Assembly (NCBI GenBank): GCA_035285545.1
Contig: JAYKGY010000123.1
Span: 1 to 51,307 of the forward strand
DNA from: Snowella sp.
GTDB taxonomy: Bacteria; Cyanobacteriota; Cyanobacteriia; Cyanobacteriales; Microcystaceae
Direction of reading: 5' to 3'
Length of the DNA stretch: 51,307 nt
Numbering within the stretch: position 1 is the stretch's first letter; every line of letters starts with the position of its first letter. The notes under the pieces are model-generated. The model saw nothing but the letters and a program-made list of their open reading frames with translations. It was not told the DNA's origin and ran no database searches. This document shows positions 39,524-50,933 of this stretch, piece after piece. The position numbers and the translations under genes are program-made.

Positions 39524-40777
39524 TTAGGAAGCAGTCTTAGATAAAAGAGCCTCTTTCAGTGCTGCGGCTTTATCGGTTTGTTCCCAAGGCAGATCTAGAT
39601 CAGAACGTCCAAAGTGACCATAGGCAGCCACCTCTTGATAAAAACGACCACCCCGTTCCCCAGGTAACCCGCGTAAATTAAAGGTTTGAATAATCCCCGC
39701 AGGACGTAGTTCAAATAATTGATTAACGATTTCCAATAATGCTTCTTCGTTAACCTTACCTGTGCCAAAGGTATCGAGCATAACACTAACGGGACGAGCC
39801 ACCCCGATCGCGTAACTGACCTGAACTTCACATTTGTCTGCTAAACCAGCCGCGACAATGTTTTTAGCCACATAACGGGCTGCATAGGCCGCAGAACGGT
39901 CAACCTTGGTAGGATCTTTACCCGAAAAAGCCCCACCGCCGTGACGAGAGTAACCGCCGTAGGTATCAACAATAATTTTCCGTCCTGTTAACCCCGCATC
40001 GCCTTGGGGGCCACCAACGACGAATTTACCTGTTGGGTTAACTAAGAAACGAGTATTGGTATCGGGTTTAATGTCGATATCAGTAAAAACGGGTTGAATG
40101 ACGGCTTCCCATAAATCAGCTTTGATTTTGGCTTGCACCGCATCATTATCGGTTAATTCGCCAATGGTTGCATCATGCTGGGTCGAAACCAGAATGGTAT
40201 CAATGCCAACGGGCTTACCATCTTCATAAGCAACGGAAACCTGAGTTTTACCGTCTGGACGAAGATAGGGCAGATCTCCTGTTTTCCGCACAGCCGCTAA
40301 ACGACGGGAAATACGGTGAGCCAAGCTAATGGGTAAGGGCATTAATTCGGGAGTTTCGTTACAAGCAAAGCCAAACATTAACCCCTGATCCCCTGCACCA
40401 ATTTTGTCTAATTCATCATCACTCAGGGCGTGACGTTGTTCTTGGGCAGCGGTAACCCCTTGGGAAATATCCGGAGACTGTTCATCTAGGGCAACCAGAA
40501 CCGCACAACTATTATAGGAAAAGCCATTATCGGCATCGGTATAACCAATTTCTGCAATTTTTTTACGAGCCAGATCAACAAAGTTAACCTGGGCGTTGGT
40601 GGTAATCTCTCCCGTAATCAAGACTAAACCCGTATTAACGACAACTTCCGCCGCAACCCGACTGGCCGGATCTTGGGCGAGTAGAGCATCAATAATCGTG
40701 TCAGAGATTTGATCACAAACTTTATCGGGATGCCCCTCTGTCACGGACTCTGAGGTAAATAAATAACGCTTAGACAA
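39524..40777 (-). CDS. metK: S-adenosylmethionine synthetase
   Basis: [42 protein letters not shown] start. Confidence 0.98.
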   Translation of the reverse strand: MSKRYLFTSESVTEGHPDKVCDQISDTIIDALLAQDPASRVAAEVVVNTGLVLITGEITTNAQVNFVDLARKKIAEIGYTDADNGFSYNSCAVLVALDEQSPDISQGVTAAQEQRHALSDDELDKIGAGDQGLMFGFACNETPELMPLPISLAHRISRRLAAVRKTGDLPYLRPDGKTQVSVAYEDGKPVGIDTILVSTQHDATIGELTDNDAVQAKIKADLWEAVIQPVFTDIDIKPDTNTRFLVNPTGKFVVGGPQGDAGLTGRKIIVDTYGGYSRHGGGAFSGKDPTKVDRSAAYAARYVAKNIVAAGLADKCEVQVSYAIGVARPVSVMLDTFGTGKVNEEALLEIVNQLFELRPAGIIQTFNLRGLPGERGGRFYQEVAAYGHFGRSDLDLPWEQTDKAAALKEALLSKTAS

Positions 40778-41087
40778 TTTTCTTTAATCCTCTCAACAGA
40801 AATTGGACACAGGTTAACATAAATTAATCACCCATCATACACTGTCCTTCTAATTAATTGAGATCAATTTGGATCGGGTACGACAAAAATCTTGCTAAAA
40901 AAAGAGAGAGATTAAGATTCTGCTCCGGCGATCGCGCCTTATTCCCAGAATAATGAGTCAATTAGCAGGCATAACTGATCAGTAATAAGCTTGATAGCAT
41001 TCATCGCGTTCCCCTACCCAGGAATATTGGCGTTACTCCCCCTCACCTTACAAGCTTGTTGGGACAGAATGGGTATTAAAGCCCTCT

Positions 41088-42524
41088 TTATTTGGAGTCG
41101 TCATAAAAACTTCTAAAACCTTTCCAAACTTTACCGCCTTGTTGAATATTTTTATTGGCTAAAGACACCCAATAGTCGCTGGTAGGCTTACCAGAATTAT
41201 TGGCAGCATTAATTTTTGAAAGCCAACTTTTAAGCGTTTCAGGTTTGTCAAAATATTCTATCGACTCTAAATCTTTAAAAGAATCTTGAGATTCTGGCGA
41301 TAGAGTCGCAGTTTTAGCTAATCTTTCTCCCATCAATTGAGAGTTCGTTTTAGCTACCTCAGTAAATTTTATGCCGATAGGCGCAAAGCAAAGAATCATC
41401 CATAGGAACGCCAAGATGACATGATTTTTCCACAAAAGTTTTGAAACTTTATAGGCAAACCAAATAAAACCTAAAGAAACCAGAGCAATTGAAGCGACCC
41501 ATTGTCTAGTCAAAATCCAATAGTTACTCCGAAAAGAGATATAAGATAAAAAAATGGATATGCTCAACGCCATTATTATCAAAAGAACAGGGCTTATAAT
41601 ATTTTTCAAATAGACTCTTTGGTGATTTTTAGAGAATATGACAATTAAGATAAGAATCGTAACAATAAGAAAGGGGTATAAAAAAAAGGGATATAAAAGT
41701 TTTTGTAAAAATTCAAAATGTCCCCATTTTATAAAAGGGATAATCAACTGATCTTTTTTTACAAATTGAAAAGGATCAAGTGTAAATTCAAAATCTGGCC
41801 GACCTCGTAACCAGGTCAACGATCCTAAGTAGAAATACACTATGGTTCCCATTACAGAAAGTGGAATATTGACATGCTCAAGAACAGAATAAACGGAAAA
41901 TTTTTCTCCGGCTTCAATTAATTTTTGACAATATGTAAACACAATAATTGCCAACCAATAAACAGAAAAATAGGGATGGAAAAGCACCCCCATTAAAATA
42001 GAAAATAAACCAAATAATGTAAAAATTGGGCGGCTTCTTTGGGACAAGGGAGTACTGTAATACCCCAAGGTACAAACAGCAGCAGTTACCAACGGCATAT
42101 AGGGACGAGCTTCCCCCACAAAATACATTAACTGAGTTTGAGAAGCAAGAGCAAGAATGCCCATGACTTGCCATAAAAAAGGCAGTCCCCAAAGACGAAA
42201 AAGATAAAGTGTTGCTAAAAATAAGAACAAACCAGAGATGATACTAGGGAATCTTAACCAAAAAGTATTAGCTCCAAAAAGCTGCATTAACCAATAGTTA
42301 ATCAGCATATAAATACCCGTTTGTCCATGATTCACTCCCAAAATCGACTGACTGATCATCCCCCAAGCTTCGGGAGTTGTTTTATAGCTACCAAAAGCAA
42401 AATGTAAAAATTCATCGATCCAAAGCGGTCGGCCAAAAGAGGAATGTAATACTACACAAGAAAGACATAATAATAACAAAAAAATAATAGGAAAATTGTG
42501 ATTAATTAATTTATTTTTGATCAT
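41088..42524 (-). CDS. Multi-TM GT-C fold (ArnT/PMT-like) glycosyltransferase
   Basis: LWIDE motif after TM1, LRFPS, EARPY, many TM helices. Confidence 0.7.
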   Translation of the reverse strand: MIKNKLINHNFPIIFLLLLCLSCVVLHSSFGRPLWIDEFLHFAFGSYKTTPEAWGMISQSILGVNHGQTGIYMLINYWLMQLFGANTFWLRFPSIISGLFLFLATLYLFRLWGLPFLWQVMGILALASQTQLMYFVGEARPYMPLVTAAVCTLGYYSTPLSQRSRPIFTLFGLFSILMGVLFHPYFSVYWLAIIVFTYCQKLIEAGEKFSVYSVLEHVNIPLSVMGTIVYFYLGSLTWLRGRPDFEFTLDPFQFVKKDQLIIPFIKWGHFEFLQKLLYPFFLYPFLIVTILILIVIFSKNHQRVYLKNIISPVLLIIMALSISIFLSYISFRSNYWILTRQWVASIALVSLGFIWFAYKVSKLLWKNHVILAFLWMILCFAPIGIKFTEVAKTNSQLMGERLAKTATLSPESQDSFKDLESIEYFDKPETLKSWLSKINAANNSGKPTSDYWVSLANKNIQQGGKVWKGFRSFYDDSK

Positions 42525-42721
42525 TTTTAATCTTTTATTGTTAGTTGAAGAATTTAAGTAAAAAGTTGCAATGGGATAACTTATGATTCATTTCATCATG
42601 AGAGTAACCCAATATACAATTATTTTTTATTTGGATTTATAAAGCTTTCGGAAATTAACAAAATTAGTTTATTTGCTAATTATCTGGAAGCTTGATTCTG
42701 TCGTTCTTGATTGCATCTCGT

Positions 42722-43435
42722 CTAATATGAATTCGTCTCATTATTTTTCTTCCATACTCCCAAAATTGACTTGCCGATGGTATATTGCAATATCGGATCA
42801 ATCATCTTAGAAAGAGGAACCATCCAGGTATCCCACAATTTAATTTGTCCCTGAGTTGGCATTCGTTGCTTCAACCAGCGATTACTCAATGAAGCACATA
42901 ATCCTACCGAATCGAGATAGTTTAACCTTACAATCTTGAGTCCCTCTGGTGTAAGTTTTTTCATCATCGAGTGATTGTAACGTCGATAGTGTCCAACGGC
43001 CCGATCAAACGGCGAAAATAACCATTGGTGAGCAGGGGCTAACACAATTAAAAATCCCCCTGGTTTTAGATGGGTCATTGCCCGTTGAACTTCTCTTTGA
43101 TCAGCTTCAATATGCTCTAGCACATCAATATAAAGAATTGCATCAAAGCTCTCCCCATCCGGCAATTCAGCTAATATACCTTGTTGAATCTCACAAATTG
43201 GGGGTAAATCAGGTGTTGTTTTAAGTGTATCCACCAGCATCGAATCCGGTTCCAAACACACCCAACGCTCATGCTTTTGACGACAGAGTACCTTGGTCGT
43301 GCCACCAATCCCTGCTCCTACCTCTAAGACCTCGGCTCCAAGATAACGGCGAATCATTTGATAGTAATAGTTTTTCCAGTTTTTGGCTTCACTAAACAGT
43401 TCTAATTCCGTACCAACATAATTATAATTTTTCAT
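42722..43435 (-). CDS. Class I SAM-dependent methyltransferase
   Basis: VLEVGAGIG, DVLEHIE, LKPGG, GHYRRY. Overlaps the GT2 stop. Confidence 0.9.
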   Translation of the reverse strand: MKNYNYVGTELELFSEAKNWKNYYYQMIRRYLGAEVLEVGAGIGGTTKVLCRQKHERWVCLEPDSMLVDTLKTTPDLPPICEIQQGILAELPDGESFDAILYIDVLEHIEADQREVQRAMTHLKPGGFLIVLAPAHQWLFSPFDRAVGHYRRYNHSMMKKLTPEGLKIVRLNYLDSVGLCASLSNRWLKQRMPTQGQIKLWDTWMVPLSKMIDPILQYTIGKSILGVWKKNNETNSY

Positions 43436-44454
43436 GTTTTAGAAAAAATTTCCTCTAATGTGAGAACAAAATGATGATAATCCCGCTTGGGTAAAAAACT
43501 AGTATTATTTCGGCCAATTAAAACTAAAAAGATAAACGACAGTGAAATGATAAAGACTTGTAAAATGACGGAAAACAGAGCCACTGCCACGTAGGATGCC
43601 CAACCCGGAATGGCTAAATTAGTCATTAAACGAATCCCAATAACGGTTAAAAGGATGGTTGTTATAAAACCCATTAGCCCGAAGGAGACCATTAACAGTC
43701 GCACTCCCACTGTCTCACCATGAACCGAAATTGCGCTCAAACCATGAATCACAAGCGAGGTAAAGTTCATAGTCGATTTGCCATGATAGCGATACCCTCG
43801 GCGAGTTGGTATATCAAAATGAGGTAATTTAGATTTCAAAATACCTGCGGCATAGTGATTCCAAATTTCTGAGACGGCTAGCAATCTGGGCATCATCTTA
43901 AACGGAATTGCACTAAAGTTGCCAACCCGAATATCAAAGCCTGTCAGGAGGCGATAGGAAAAACAATAGGCGCGGTAAAAAAATTTGAACAGCCAGGACT
44001 CTGAGCGTTGGCTACGACGAGCAAAGACAATTTTGGCGTAGTTTGCTTCTGTGCAAGCATAGATCAACCGAATGACATCTTCTGGCGTGTCTTCACCATC
44101 ACTATCCATGACCACTACCATATCAGCGGAACAATTGGCTTCTGCATAGGCTAGTCCGATGGTAATGGCTCGTTGATGACCTAAATTTCGCTTGAGCTTA
44201 AGTACGTTTACCCATTTAATTGCGATCAAATTTAGTTGATATACTTTATCGTTGACTGGAATGATCGACGCATCATCTACTGCTAATATTTCTGCACAAA
44301 TCCCCTGATTATTTAACGCCTGATCAAGATTCTCCAGTAAGGTTATGAATGAGACCCAATCATTAAAAACCGGAATGATAAAAAGCACCTGCTTTAATTC
44401 TGGTTGTCGGGGAAAAATAATCGGGGGGTTATTTGATTCTGGAATATTTTTCAT
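43432..44454 (-). CDS. GT2 polyprenyl-phosphate glycosyltransferase (GtrB/DPM-synthase-like)
   Basis: IIPVFND, VDDAS, RNLGHQRA, MDSDGED, two C-terminal TM helices. Confidence 0.88.
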   Translation of the reverse strand: MKNIPESNNPPIIFPRQPELKQVLFIIPVFNDWVSFITLLENLDQALNNQGICAEILAVDDASIIPVNDKVYQLNLIAIKWVNVLKLKRNLGHQRAITIGLAYAEANCSADMVVVMDSDGEDTPEDVIRLIYACTEANYAKIVFARRSQRSESWLFKFFYRAYCFSYRLLTGFDIRVGNFSAIPFKMMPRLLAVSEIWNHYAAGILKSKLPHFDIPTRRGYRYHGKSTMNFTSLVIHGLSAISVHGETVGVRLLMVSFGLMGFITTILLTVIGIRLMTNLAIPGWASYVAVALFSVILQVFIISLSFIFLVLIGRNNTSFLPKRDYHHFVLTLEEIFSKT

Positions 44455-45368
44455 TCTCTAATTTGAAAAGTAAAATATTGTTTTTGCTAAAACTCGTTTA
44501 ATGCTGGCTAGAAGATAAAAAATATTCTAGATATTGAGATTACTATAGTTTTGGAATTTTAGGTTTGCTTTTCAAAAAAGCGAAATTTATCGATGAAGTC
44601 GCAGTAGATTAGGCGTTACGCATTGACAAAATTAAAGTATAAGAGTGACAGGGAAATTTCAAGCAAAAATTTCAGTGTTCAGAAAACCATCACAGCTTTC
44701 AACTGCCAAATGTGATTGTAATCAGTACAAATTATTTTTGATGGCAGAACCCAAGTACGTAATCTGTGTGGGATTAGAAGAGATTATGGAAGAATTGAGT
44801 TCTGAAAGTATCAATAGGTTTCTGTTAAGGGATGTACTATTTTAAGTAGGATGCCCTCTGCTGACTTTTAGAACAAGTTGTCTATTTAGCAATAAAGTTA
44901 GAAACGTTGACGTTTTTCTCCTCGTAAGAAGCAGTTGGCGAAAATTCATCAAAAACCGTTATCACCTTTAACGTATTGCATAAGTTAGTAATATCAATTA
45001 AGTTGGTGAATTCTCTGCTTTAGGGCTTTTGAGAGTAAAAGTCTTTATACTACCCGTCTTGTACAACATGCAATTTACAAATTTTATTTTTAAAATCTTG
45101 TATTTTTCATATTGGTTGTTGATTTTTGATAGAACTTATTATTTTCAATGAGTCTCAAATAGTTTTGACGTTACCATTTCGATCATTTATATTGATTATA
45201 TTGATATTGACATATCTGATGAAATAACTCCCATTGCTTCATCAAGAGTCTGAATCATCCTTCCCTAGACATGGTTTAACGGAATTAAACCCAATATTGA
45301 TTAGCGTCTATAGGAATTTATCGCACATTAGCGGAACTTTCCGAAAAGATTATGTGTGAGGAGTTAGC

Positions 45369-45959
45369 ATGATTAAACAATTTGGAACATTCTTGGCGAC
45401 AGGCTTAGTCGCTGTTTTAGGGATTAGCGCGATTATTCCGCCCACATTACAGGCTCAATACGTCCCTACTGCCACCCGACCAACAAACCCTTGGCAATAC
45501 GCCTCCTTCCCCGTCGAAAATTTTCAAGCCTATACCTCTGGATTTGGCTATCGTTCTTCCCCCGTGGATGGCTCAAGTCAATTTCACTACGGCTTGGATC
45601 TGGCTGCTCCCATTGGCAGTTATGTTCGCAGTTGGTGGACAGGTCGCGTTGTAGAGTTATCTGATCATACGGCTTGCGGCACCATGATTCGCATTCAATC
45701 GGGGGAATGGCAACATGTTTACTGTCATTTAATGGGTCGGGTTCAAAAAGAGGGCAATATTGATTACTTAATCGACCGAGAAGGGGGAATTGTTCTTCAA
45801 GAGGGACAAGCCATACCCGCCGGAGCCAGAATTGCTAGAGTGGGCATGACTGGACGCACGACCGGGCCCCATTTACATTGGGGATTAAAGTATGGTGGAA
45901 ATTACATTGATCCCGCGTTAGTGTTGCAAGCCATGTATACCCAACAGGCCCAGTTATAG
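45369..45959 (+). CDS. M23 family metallopeptidase
   Basis: Signal peptide, HYGLD (HxxxD) and TTGPHLH (HxH). Confidence 0.92.
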   Translation: MIKQFGTFLATGLVAVLGISAIIPPTLQAQYVPTATRPTNPWQYASFPVENFQAYTSGFGYRSSPVDGSSQFHYGLDLAAPIGSYVRSWWTGRVVELSDHTACGTMIRIQSGEWQHVYCHLMGRVQKEGNIDYLIDREGGIVLQEGQAIPAGARIARVGMTGRTTGPHLHWGLKYGGNYIDPALVLQAMYTQQAQL

Positions 45960-48044
45960 AGACTCGGCGACTAAGTAGGTGTAACGTCTCAGGCTTTGCT
46001 CATAATCTTCTAGAAGGCGTTGGGCTTCGTCGAGGGTAATTTTTTGTTCTGCTAGGGCTGATTCGGTATAGCGACGCATACTTTCTAATAAGTCTTCCGC
46101 ATCGTATTGCACGTAACTGAGAACCTCGGTCATGGTATCCCCACGAACAACGGATTCAATTTGATAGCCTTTGGGAGTCATGGCAATATGCACGACGTTA
46201 ATATCCCCAAATAAATTATGTAAATTGCCCATAATTTCCTGATAAGCACCGATTAGGAACATGCCTAAATAGTAGGGTTCGGTTTCGAGTTCTTTTGAAG
46301 TTTTGCTGTTGGCATCGGGATGGGCTTTTTTCGGCGATCGCAGGGGGTGTAATTCTAAAACCGACTTGACATCACGCAGATCAATAAACTGATCCATTTT
46401 CCCGTCACTATCACAGGTTAAATCCGCCAGAATTCCCCGTTTTGTAGGTTCTTCATCGAGCCGATGGATGGGCATAATGGGGAAAAGCTGATTCAAAGAC
46501 CAGGATTCAGGAGCCGATTGAAAGACGGAAAAATTCACGTAATAGATCGAAGCCATGATCTTTTCCAGATCTTCTAAATCATCGGAAACATACTCCTGAT
46601 TGCGGGTAATTTCGAGGATTTTTTGACAACAGGCCCAGTATAATTTTTCTGCCCTCGCCCGTTCAGGCAAACTGAGATACCCAAAATTAAATAAACTAAT
46701 GGCTTCTTCTTTAAATTGAATGGCATCGTGATAGGCTTCTTGATAGTTTTTCTTACTAATGGAAGCGTAGGTTTCCCAAAAATTTTGAATAATTAAATGC
46801 TCTTTTTTTTCAACTGGGTCGGGGGGATTATGGGGAATGTCGCTGGTACTGAGCACATCGAAGACTAAAACGGACTGATGGGCCGCGATCGCGCGACCAC
46901 TTTCACTCACTAAGGTAGGAACCGCAATTTTAGCTTGATCACAGGCATCCTGAATGGCACTAACAATATCATTGGCATAGTTCTGCATATTGTAGTTTTT
47001 TGAGGCGTAGAAATTGGTATTGGAGCCGTCATAATCGACCGCTAAACCGCCCCCTACGTTGAGATAGCGCATTTTTGCCCCCATTTTGGCCAACTGCACA
47101 TAGATTTGGCTGGCTTCGCGCATAGCATCTTTAATGAGCGTAATATTAGAAATTTGAGAACCGACATGGAAGTGCAAGAGTTTTAAGCATTCCAGCATAT
47201 CGACGGCCTCTAATTTATTGACCATTTTGAGGATTTCGGGAATAGTGAGGCCAAATTTAGCGCGATCGCCAATGGAAGTCTTCGGTTGGTTCCAATCTTT
47301 GAGGTTTAACTTGGTGCGGACTCCTAAAATGGGCTTAATGTTCAATTGCTGACTAATGGTAATAACTAAATCCAGTTCTTCTAAGTGATCAATGACAATA
47401 ATCGGTTTGTGCCCTAACCGTTTCGCCAATAGGGCTGTTTCTAAATATTCTCGGTCTTTATATCCATTACAAATGATCAAACTTTTGGACTTTTTCTCAT
47501 TGCGTTCCAACTGAGGCGGCAGGCTGGCCAGGGCGATCATTAACTCTGGTTTAGATCCCGCTTCCAGACCAAATTGATAGGGTTCTCCATAGCGGACGAG
47601 AGCTTCAACAATGTGCCTTTGCTGATTACATTTGATGGGATATACCCCTTGATAAATGCCTGGATAGTTATAACGCGCGATCGCCTTGGCAAAACAGGCA
47701 TTTAGGCGTTCAATCCGGTCGGCTAAAATATCGGAAAAACGGATCAAAATCGGCAGACCTAATTTGCGTTTTCGCAGAGCTTCCACCAGTTCCCAGAGAT
47801 CTAAGGAACCACCGCGATCGCCCTGGGGAGAAACCGTCACATGACCCGCCGCATTAATGGAAAAATAGGGGTCACCCCACCCTTGGATGCGATATAAATT
47901 TTCACTATCTTCAATCTTCCAAGGAGGAACTTCTTTTTTAGATTTTTTAATCGGCTTTTCGACAGTCGGGGAAGAATTTTCTGAAAATGCGGCTAACTCA
48001 GATTGATTTTCTACATCCATAACAGATTCCCCAGACATGCACAT
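45954..48044 (-). CDS. speA: Biosynthetic arginine decarboxylase
   Basis: YPIKCNQ (PLP Lys), EAGSKPEL, HFHVGSQ, VGGGLAVDYDG, SESGRA, TCDSDG, GNLHNLFG. Confidence 0.96.
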   Translation of the reverse strand: MCMSGESVMDVENQSELAAFSENSSPTVEKPIKKSKKEVPPWKIEDSENLYRIQGWGDPYFSINAAGHVTVSPQGDRGGSLDLWELVEALRKRKLGLPILIRFSDILADRIERLNACFAKAIARYNYPGIYQGVYPIKCNQQRHIVEALVRYGEPYQFGLEAGSKPELMIALASLPPQLERNEKKSKSLIICNGYKDREYLETALLAKRLGHKPIIVIDHLEELDLVITISQQLNIKPILGVRTKLNLKDWNQPKTSIGDRAKFGLTIPEILKMVNKLEAVDMLECLKLLHFHVGSQISNITLIKDAMREASQIYVQLAKMGAKMRYLNVGGGLAVDYDGSNTNFYASKNYNMQNYANDIVSAIQDACDQAKIAVPTLVSESGRAIAAHQSVLVFDVLSTSDIPHNPPDPVEKKEHLIIQNFWETYASISKKNYQEAYHDAIQFKEEAISLFNFGYLSLPERARAEKLYWACCQKILEITRNQEYVSDDLEDLEKIMASIYYVNFSVFQSAPESWSLNQLFPIMPIHRLDEEPTKRGILADLTCDSDGKMDQFIDLRDVKSVLELHPLRSPKKAHPDANSKTSKELETEPYYLGMFLIGAYQEIMGNLHNLFGDINVVHIAMTPKGYQIESVVRGDTMTEVLSYVQYDAEDLLESMRRYTESALAEQKITLDEAQRLLEDYEQSLRRYTYLVAESL

Positions 48045-48158
48045 TCTCCTTAATCTTAACGTGTGAGAGTCCTAACCTAGTTTACGAGTAAACTGTGATA
48101 CAATTGCCTGGTTTTCTAGGCGATCCTTTTCATTTTTAGTATTCAATATCAAATTATT

Positions 48159-48686
48159 ATGCAAATAATTGATTCTAAAGGGCGTTTATTCGGTAAATTT
48201 AGCATTTTGGATGTGGGAGCCGCCGTAGTCATCCTGTTGGTCATCATTGGCATCTTTGTCGTCCCTGGAACAACGGGGAAAAGCATGTTGGCCCAAGCCC
48301 AAATGAAAACGATTGAAGTAGATGCAATGGTACGGGGCTTAAATGTCGCTAATCCTGAGTCTTTGATGCAAGTCTTTAAAGAAGAAAAGAAGACAAATAT
48401 TATTATCCGTAACCAACCAGCAGGCCAGGTTAATATCCTCAATGTTCGGGAATTATCCCGCACGTTAGCCGTTCCCCAACCCGATGGAACCTTAAAATCC
48501 TTACCCGATCCCCGTCCTGATAATTTTAGCCAGGATATGGTGCTGACCCTGGGTGGCAAAGCCGAATTAACCCCCACCGGAGCCGTACTGGGTAATCAAA
48601 AAATCAAAATTGGAACGGTATTAGAGTTAGAAGGCAAAAATTATAATTTCAATGCGAGTGTTATCGATCTCCGCATCCAATCCTAA
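48159..48686 (+). CDS. DUF4330 family protein
   Basis: IIDSKGRLFGKFSILD N-terminus with TM helix, IIIRNQPAG, IKIGTVLELEG. Confidence 0.8.
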   Translation: MQIIDSKGRLFGKFSILDVGAAVVILLVIIGIFVVPGTTGKSMLAQAQMKTIEVDAMVRGLNVANPESLMQVFKEEKKTNIIIRNQPAGQVNILNVRELSRTLAVPQPDGTLKSLPDPRPDNFSQDMVLTLGGKAELTPTGAVLGNQKIKIGTVLELEGKNYNFNASVIDLRIQS

Positions 48687-48700
48687 TCCTCCTCTTCATC

Positions 48701-49774
48701 ATGTCTCAACCGATTATTTATCTGGCTGCCACGGGGCACGGCTTTGGTCATGCGGTGCGGGTTGCTTCAGTTGCTGCCACGCTCAAAAAATGCTGTCCAG
48801 AAAGTGTCTTAATTTTAACGACGACGGCTCCCCGATGGTTGCTGGAATCCTATATTGAGGGCGATTTTATTCACCGTTCCCGTGCCTTTGATGTGGGGGT
48901 GATTCAAGCAGACAGTTTACGCATGGACAAGGAAGCCACTTTAAAGGAATTGCAGGATATTTATGCTAGGCAGCGATCGCTGATTGTTAGTGAGGCGAAT
49001 TTTTTACGCACGAATCGGGTTGGCGTTGTATTAGCCGATATCCCCCCTTTAATGGCCGCCATTGCCCAAGAAGCCGAGATTCCCTGTTATATGATGAGTA
49101 ATTTCGGTTGGGATTTTATTTATCAAGATTGGGGCGCAGATTTTCAGGATATTGTTGAGCAAATGCAACGGGATTATCAACGCAGCGATCGCCTATTTCG
49201 TTTTCCCTTGTCTGAACCGATGACTGCCTTTCCCCATATCACCGATGTTGGGCTAACGGGAGGGAATCCCCGCTTTGCAGAACAGGAATTACGTCAACAA
49301 TTTGGGATTAATCAACCTACCGAAAAAACCGTTTTATTAACCTTTGGAGGCTTAGGCTTACAAGCCATTCCCTACGGCAATTTAGAACAATTTCCCGATT
49401 GGCAATTTATCACCTTTGACCCCAACGCCCCCAATGCTGACAATTTAGTAAAAATCACCGATAAAACATATCGTCCTGTGGATTTTATGCCCCTCTGTGG
49501 TCGCGTTTTTTCTAAGCCTGGGTTTAGTACCTTCGCCGAAGCTATGCGGTTAGAAATTCCGGTCATGTCTTTAACGCGCGATGACTTTTCAGAAGCAACG
49601 GTTTTATTAGACGGTTTACAGGATTATTCCTATCACCAAATTATTCGCCCAGAAGAATTTTTTACCGATAATTGGAACTTTTTCCATCAACCCCTAACGC
49701 CTCCTCGTAAAGCTGAAAAGTTAGACAAAAATGGAGGGGAAACCATTGCTCAAGAAGTCTTAAAATTGTTTTAA
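48701..49774 (+). CDS. GT-B fold glycosyltransferase-like protein
   Basis: GHGFGHAVR, SNFGWDFIY, TFGGLG, SKPGFSTFAEA. Confidence 0.8.
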   Translation: MSQPIIYLAATGHGFGHAVRVASVAATLKKCCPESVLILTTTAPRWLLESYIEGDFIHRSRAFDVGVIQADSLRMDKEATLKELQDIYARQRSLIVSEANFLRTNRVGVVLADIPPLMAAIAQEAEIPCYMMSNFGWDFIYQDWGADFQDIVEQMQRDYQRSDRLFRFPLSEPMTAFPHITDVGLTGGNPRFAEQELRQQFGINQPTEKTVLLTFGGLGLQAIPYGNLEQFPDWQFITFDPNAPNADNLVKITDKTYRPVDFMPLCGRVFSKPGFSTFAEAMRLEIPVMSLTRDDFSEATVLLDGLQDYSYHQIIRPEEFFTDNWNFFHQPLTPPRKAEKLDKNGGETIAQEVLKLF

Positions 49775-49879
49775 ATAACTCAAAAATCTAACGTTTTAGA
49801 ACGGATTGCTGATGTTCTTTGTTAGATTCCGTGAGTCGTTTTCATTCATCAACAGCAAAACCGCGATTATTACTTGCCT

Positions 49880-50416
49880 TTATGTGAGAGAAGAACTCAA
49901 TAATTCCTCAATAGAGTACGCTAAATCGTATAAGGATTGGTAATCATAATTCTTGCCTAATTTAGGTTCCCAATAGCGACCGTGAGCTAACCAATTTCGA
50001 TAGCTCAAAGCAGTTATTACCTCTGAAATAAAGCTTTTATATTCTGGATAATTTTCTTTCCATAGTTGTAAGATATCATTTTCTAAAGAAGCTCTAACGC
50101 CTTTTTTTCCGTAAACATCTCGCATTTTTCTAGATAAATGGTCTTTCTTTTTGTTATAACATCGGGTTAAATAATCAACACGAAATAAAGCTTCTAAGGC
50201 AGACAAAACTGAAAGTGAAATTGCTCTATCTAATTCCTGCAATCTTAATTTTAATTCTTCTTCGACTTCACTTCTGGTATAACCATTAAATCTCAAACTA
50301 TATTCAGGATTTTTATCACTAAAATACAGTCTTAGTGATCGCTCGCAATCGTTGTAATAAGCAGCAATACTAGTTAATGGCAAATTCTGTCCAGAAAATG
50401 ATACTTTATTAGCCAT
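49880..50416 (-). CDS. HEPN-like (RxxxxH) hypothetical protein
   Basis: All-helical protein with ALEALFR and YRNWLAHG. The ATG at 50416 overlaps the upstream stop. AT-rich. Confidence 0.6.
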   Translation of the reverse strand: MANKVSFSGQNLPLTSIAAYYNDCERSLRLYFSDKNPEYSLRFNGYTRSEVEEELKLRLQELDRAISLSVLSALEALFRVDYLTRCYNKKKDHLSRKMRDVYGKKGVRASLENDILQLWKENYPEYKSFISEVITALSYRNWLAHGRYWEPKLGKNYDYQSLYDLAYSIEELLSSSLT

Positions 50417-50933
50417 CAACAATTTCCATTAAGGCATTAAAAAAGTTTTCTCCAGTAATTTCTAAATATTGGGTACTAGGAGGCGGAGTTGCAATTTTCC
50501 AAGTCCATTTAATATTGGGGTTTAATAACTCTCCTAAAAAGTAATCTTGAGGCTTATCAAAGTGTTGAGGAACTAACAAAAATCTAATGCTACCTAAATC
50601 TGAAAAGAGATCGATACGTCCACGACACCCAACAACAAACCTGCCAATTGGTTTAAAGATTAGTCTTTTTTTACCTATTTTTAGCATTAATTGTTTAACT
50701 TCATATTCTCCGAAAAAATCCTCTTGAAGTTGAATTTTTTGCCACTCTTGTCTGATTTTTCCTTGTTTTAAGTATTCATGAATAAATCCTTGAATAATTT
50801 CATAAAAATCATCAATTTCAGCAACCCATTTCTGTTTATCTTTTTCATCGTCAATCGCTAGAGATTCATTGTTTTCAAATTCTTGCCGTGTAAGAAAATC
50901 TTCAAATTGTTTTATATATTGTTTTTTAGACAT
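50409..50933 (-). CDS. Hypothetical protein, translationally coupled to the HEPN-like gene
   Basis: Likely ATG at 50933 (MSKKQY), FKPIGRFVVGCRGRIDL motif, AT-rich. Confidence 0.7.
   Translation of the reverse strand: MSKKQYIKQFEDFLTRQEFENNESLAIDDEKDKQKWVAEIDDFYEIIQGFIHEYLKQGKIRQEWQKIQLQEDFFGEYEVKQLMLKIGKKRLIFKPIGRFVVGCRGRIDLFSDLGSIRFLLVPQHFDKPQDYFLGELLNPNIKWTWKIATPPPSTQYLEITGENFFNALMEIVDG

Noticed and set aside
44645..44845. 66-aa ORF in the long AT-rich intergenic region
   Set aside because: GTG start, no recognisable motif or RBS, so it cannot be supported.
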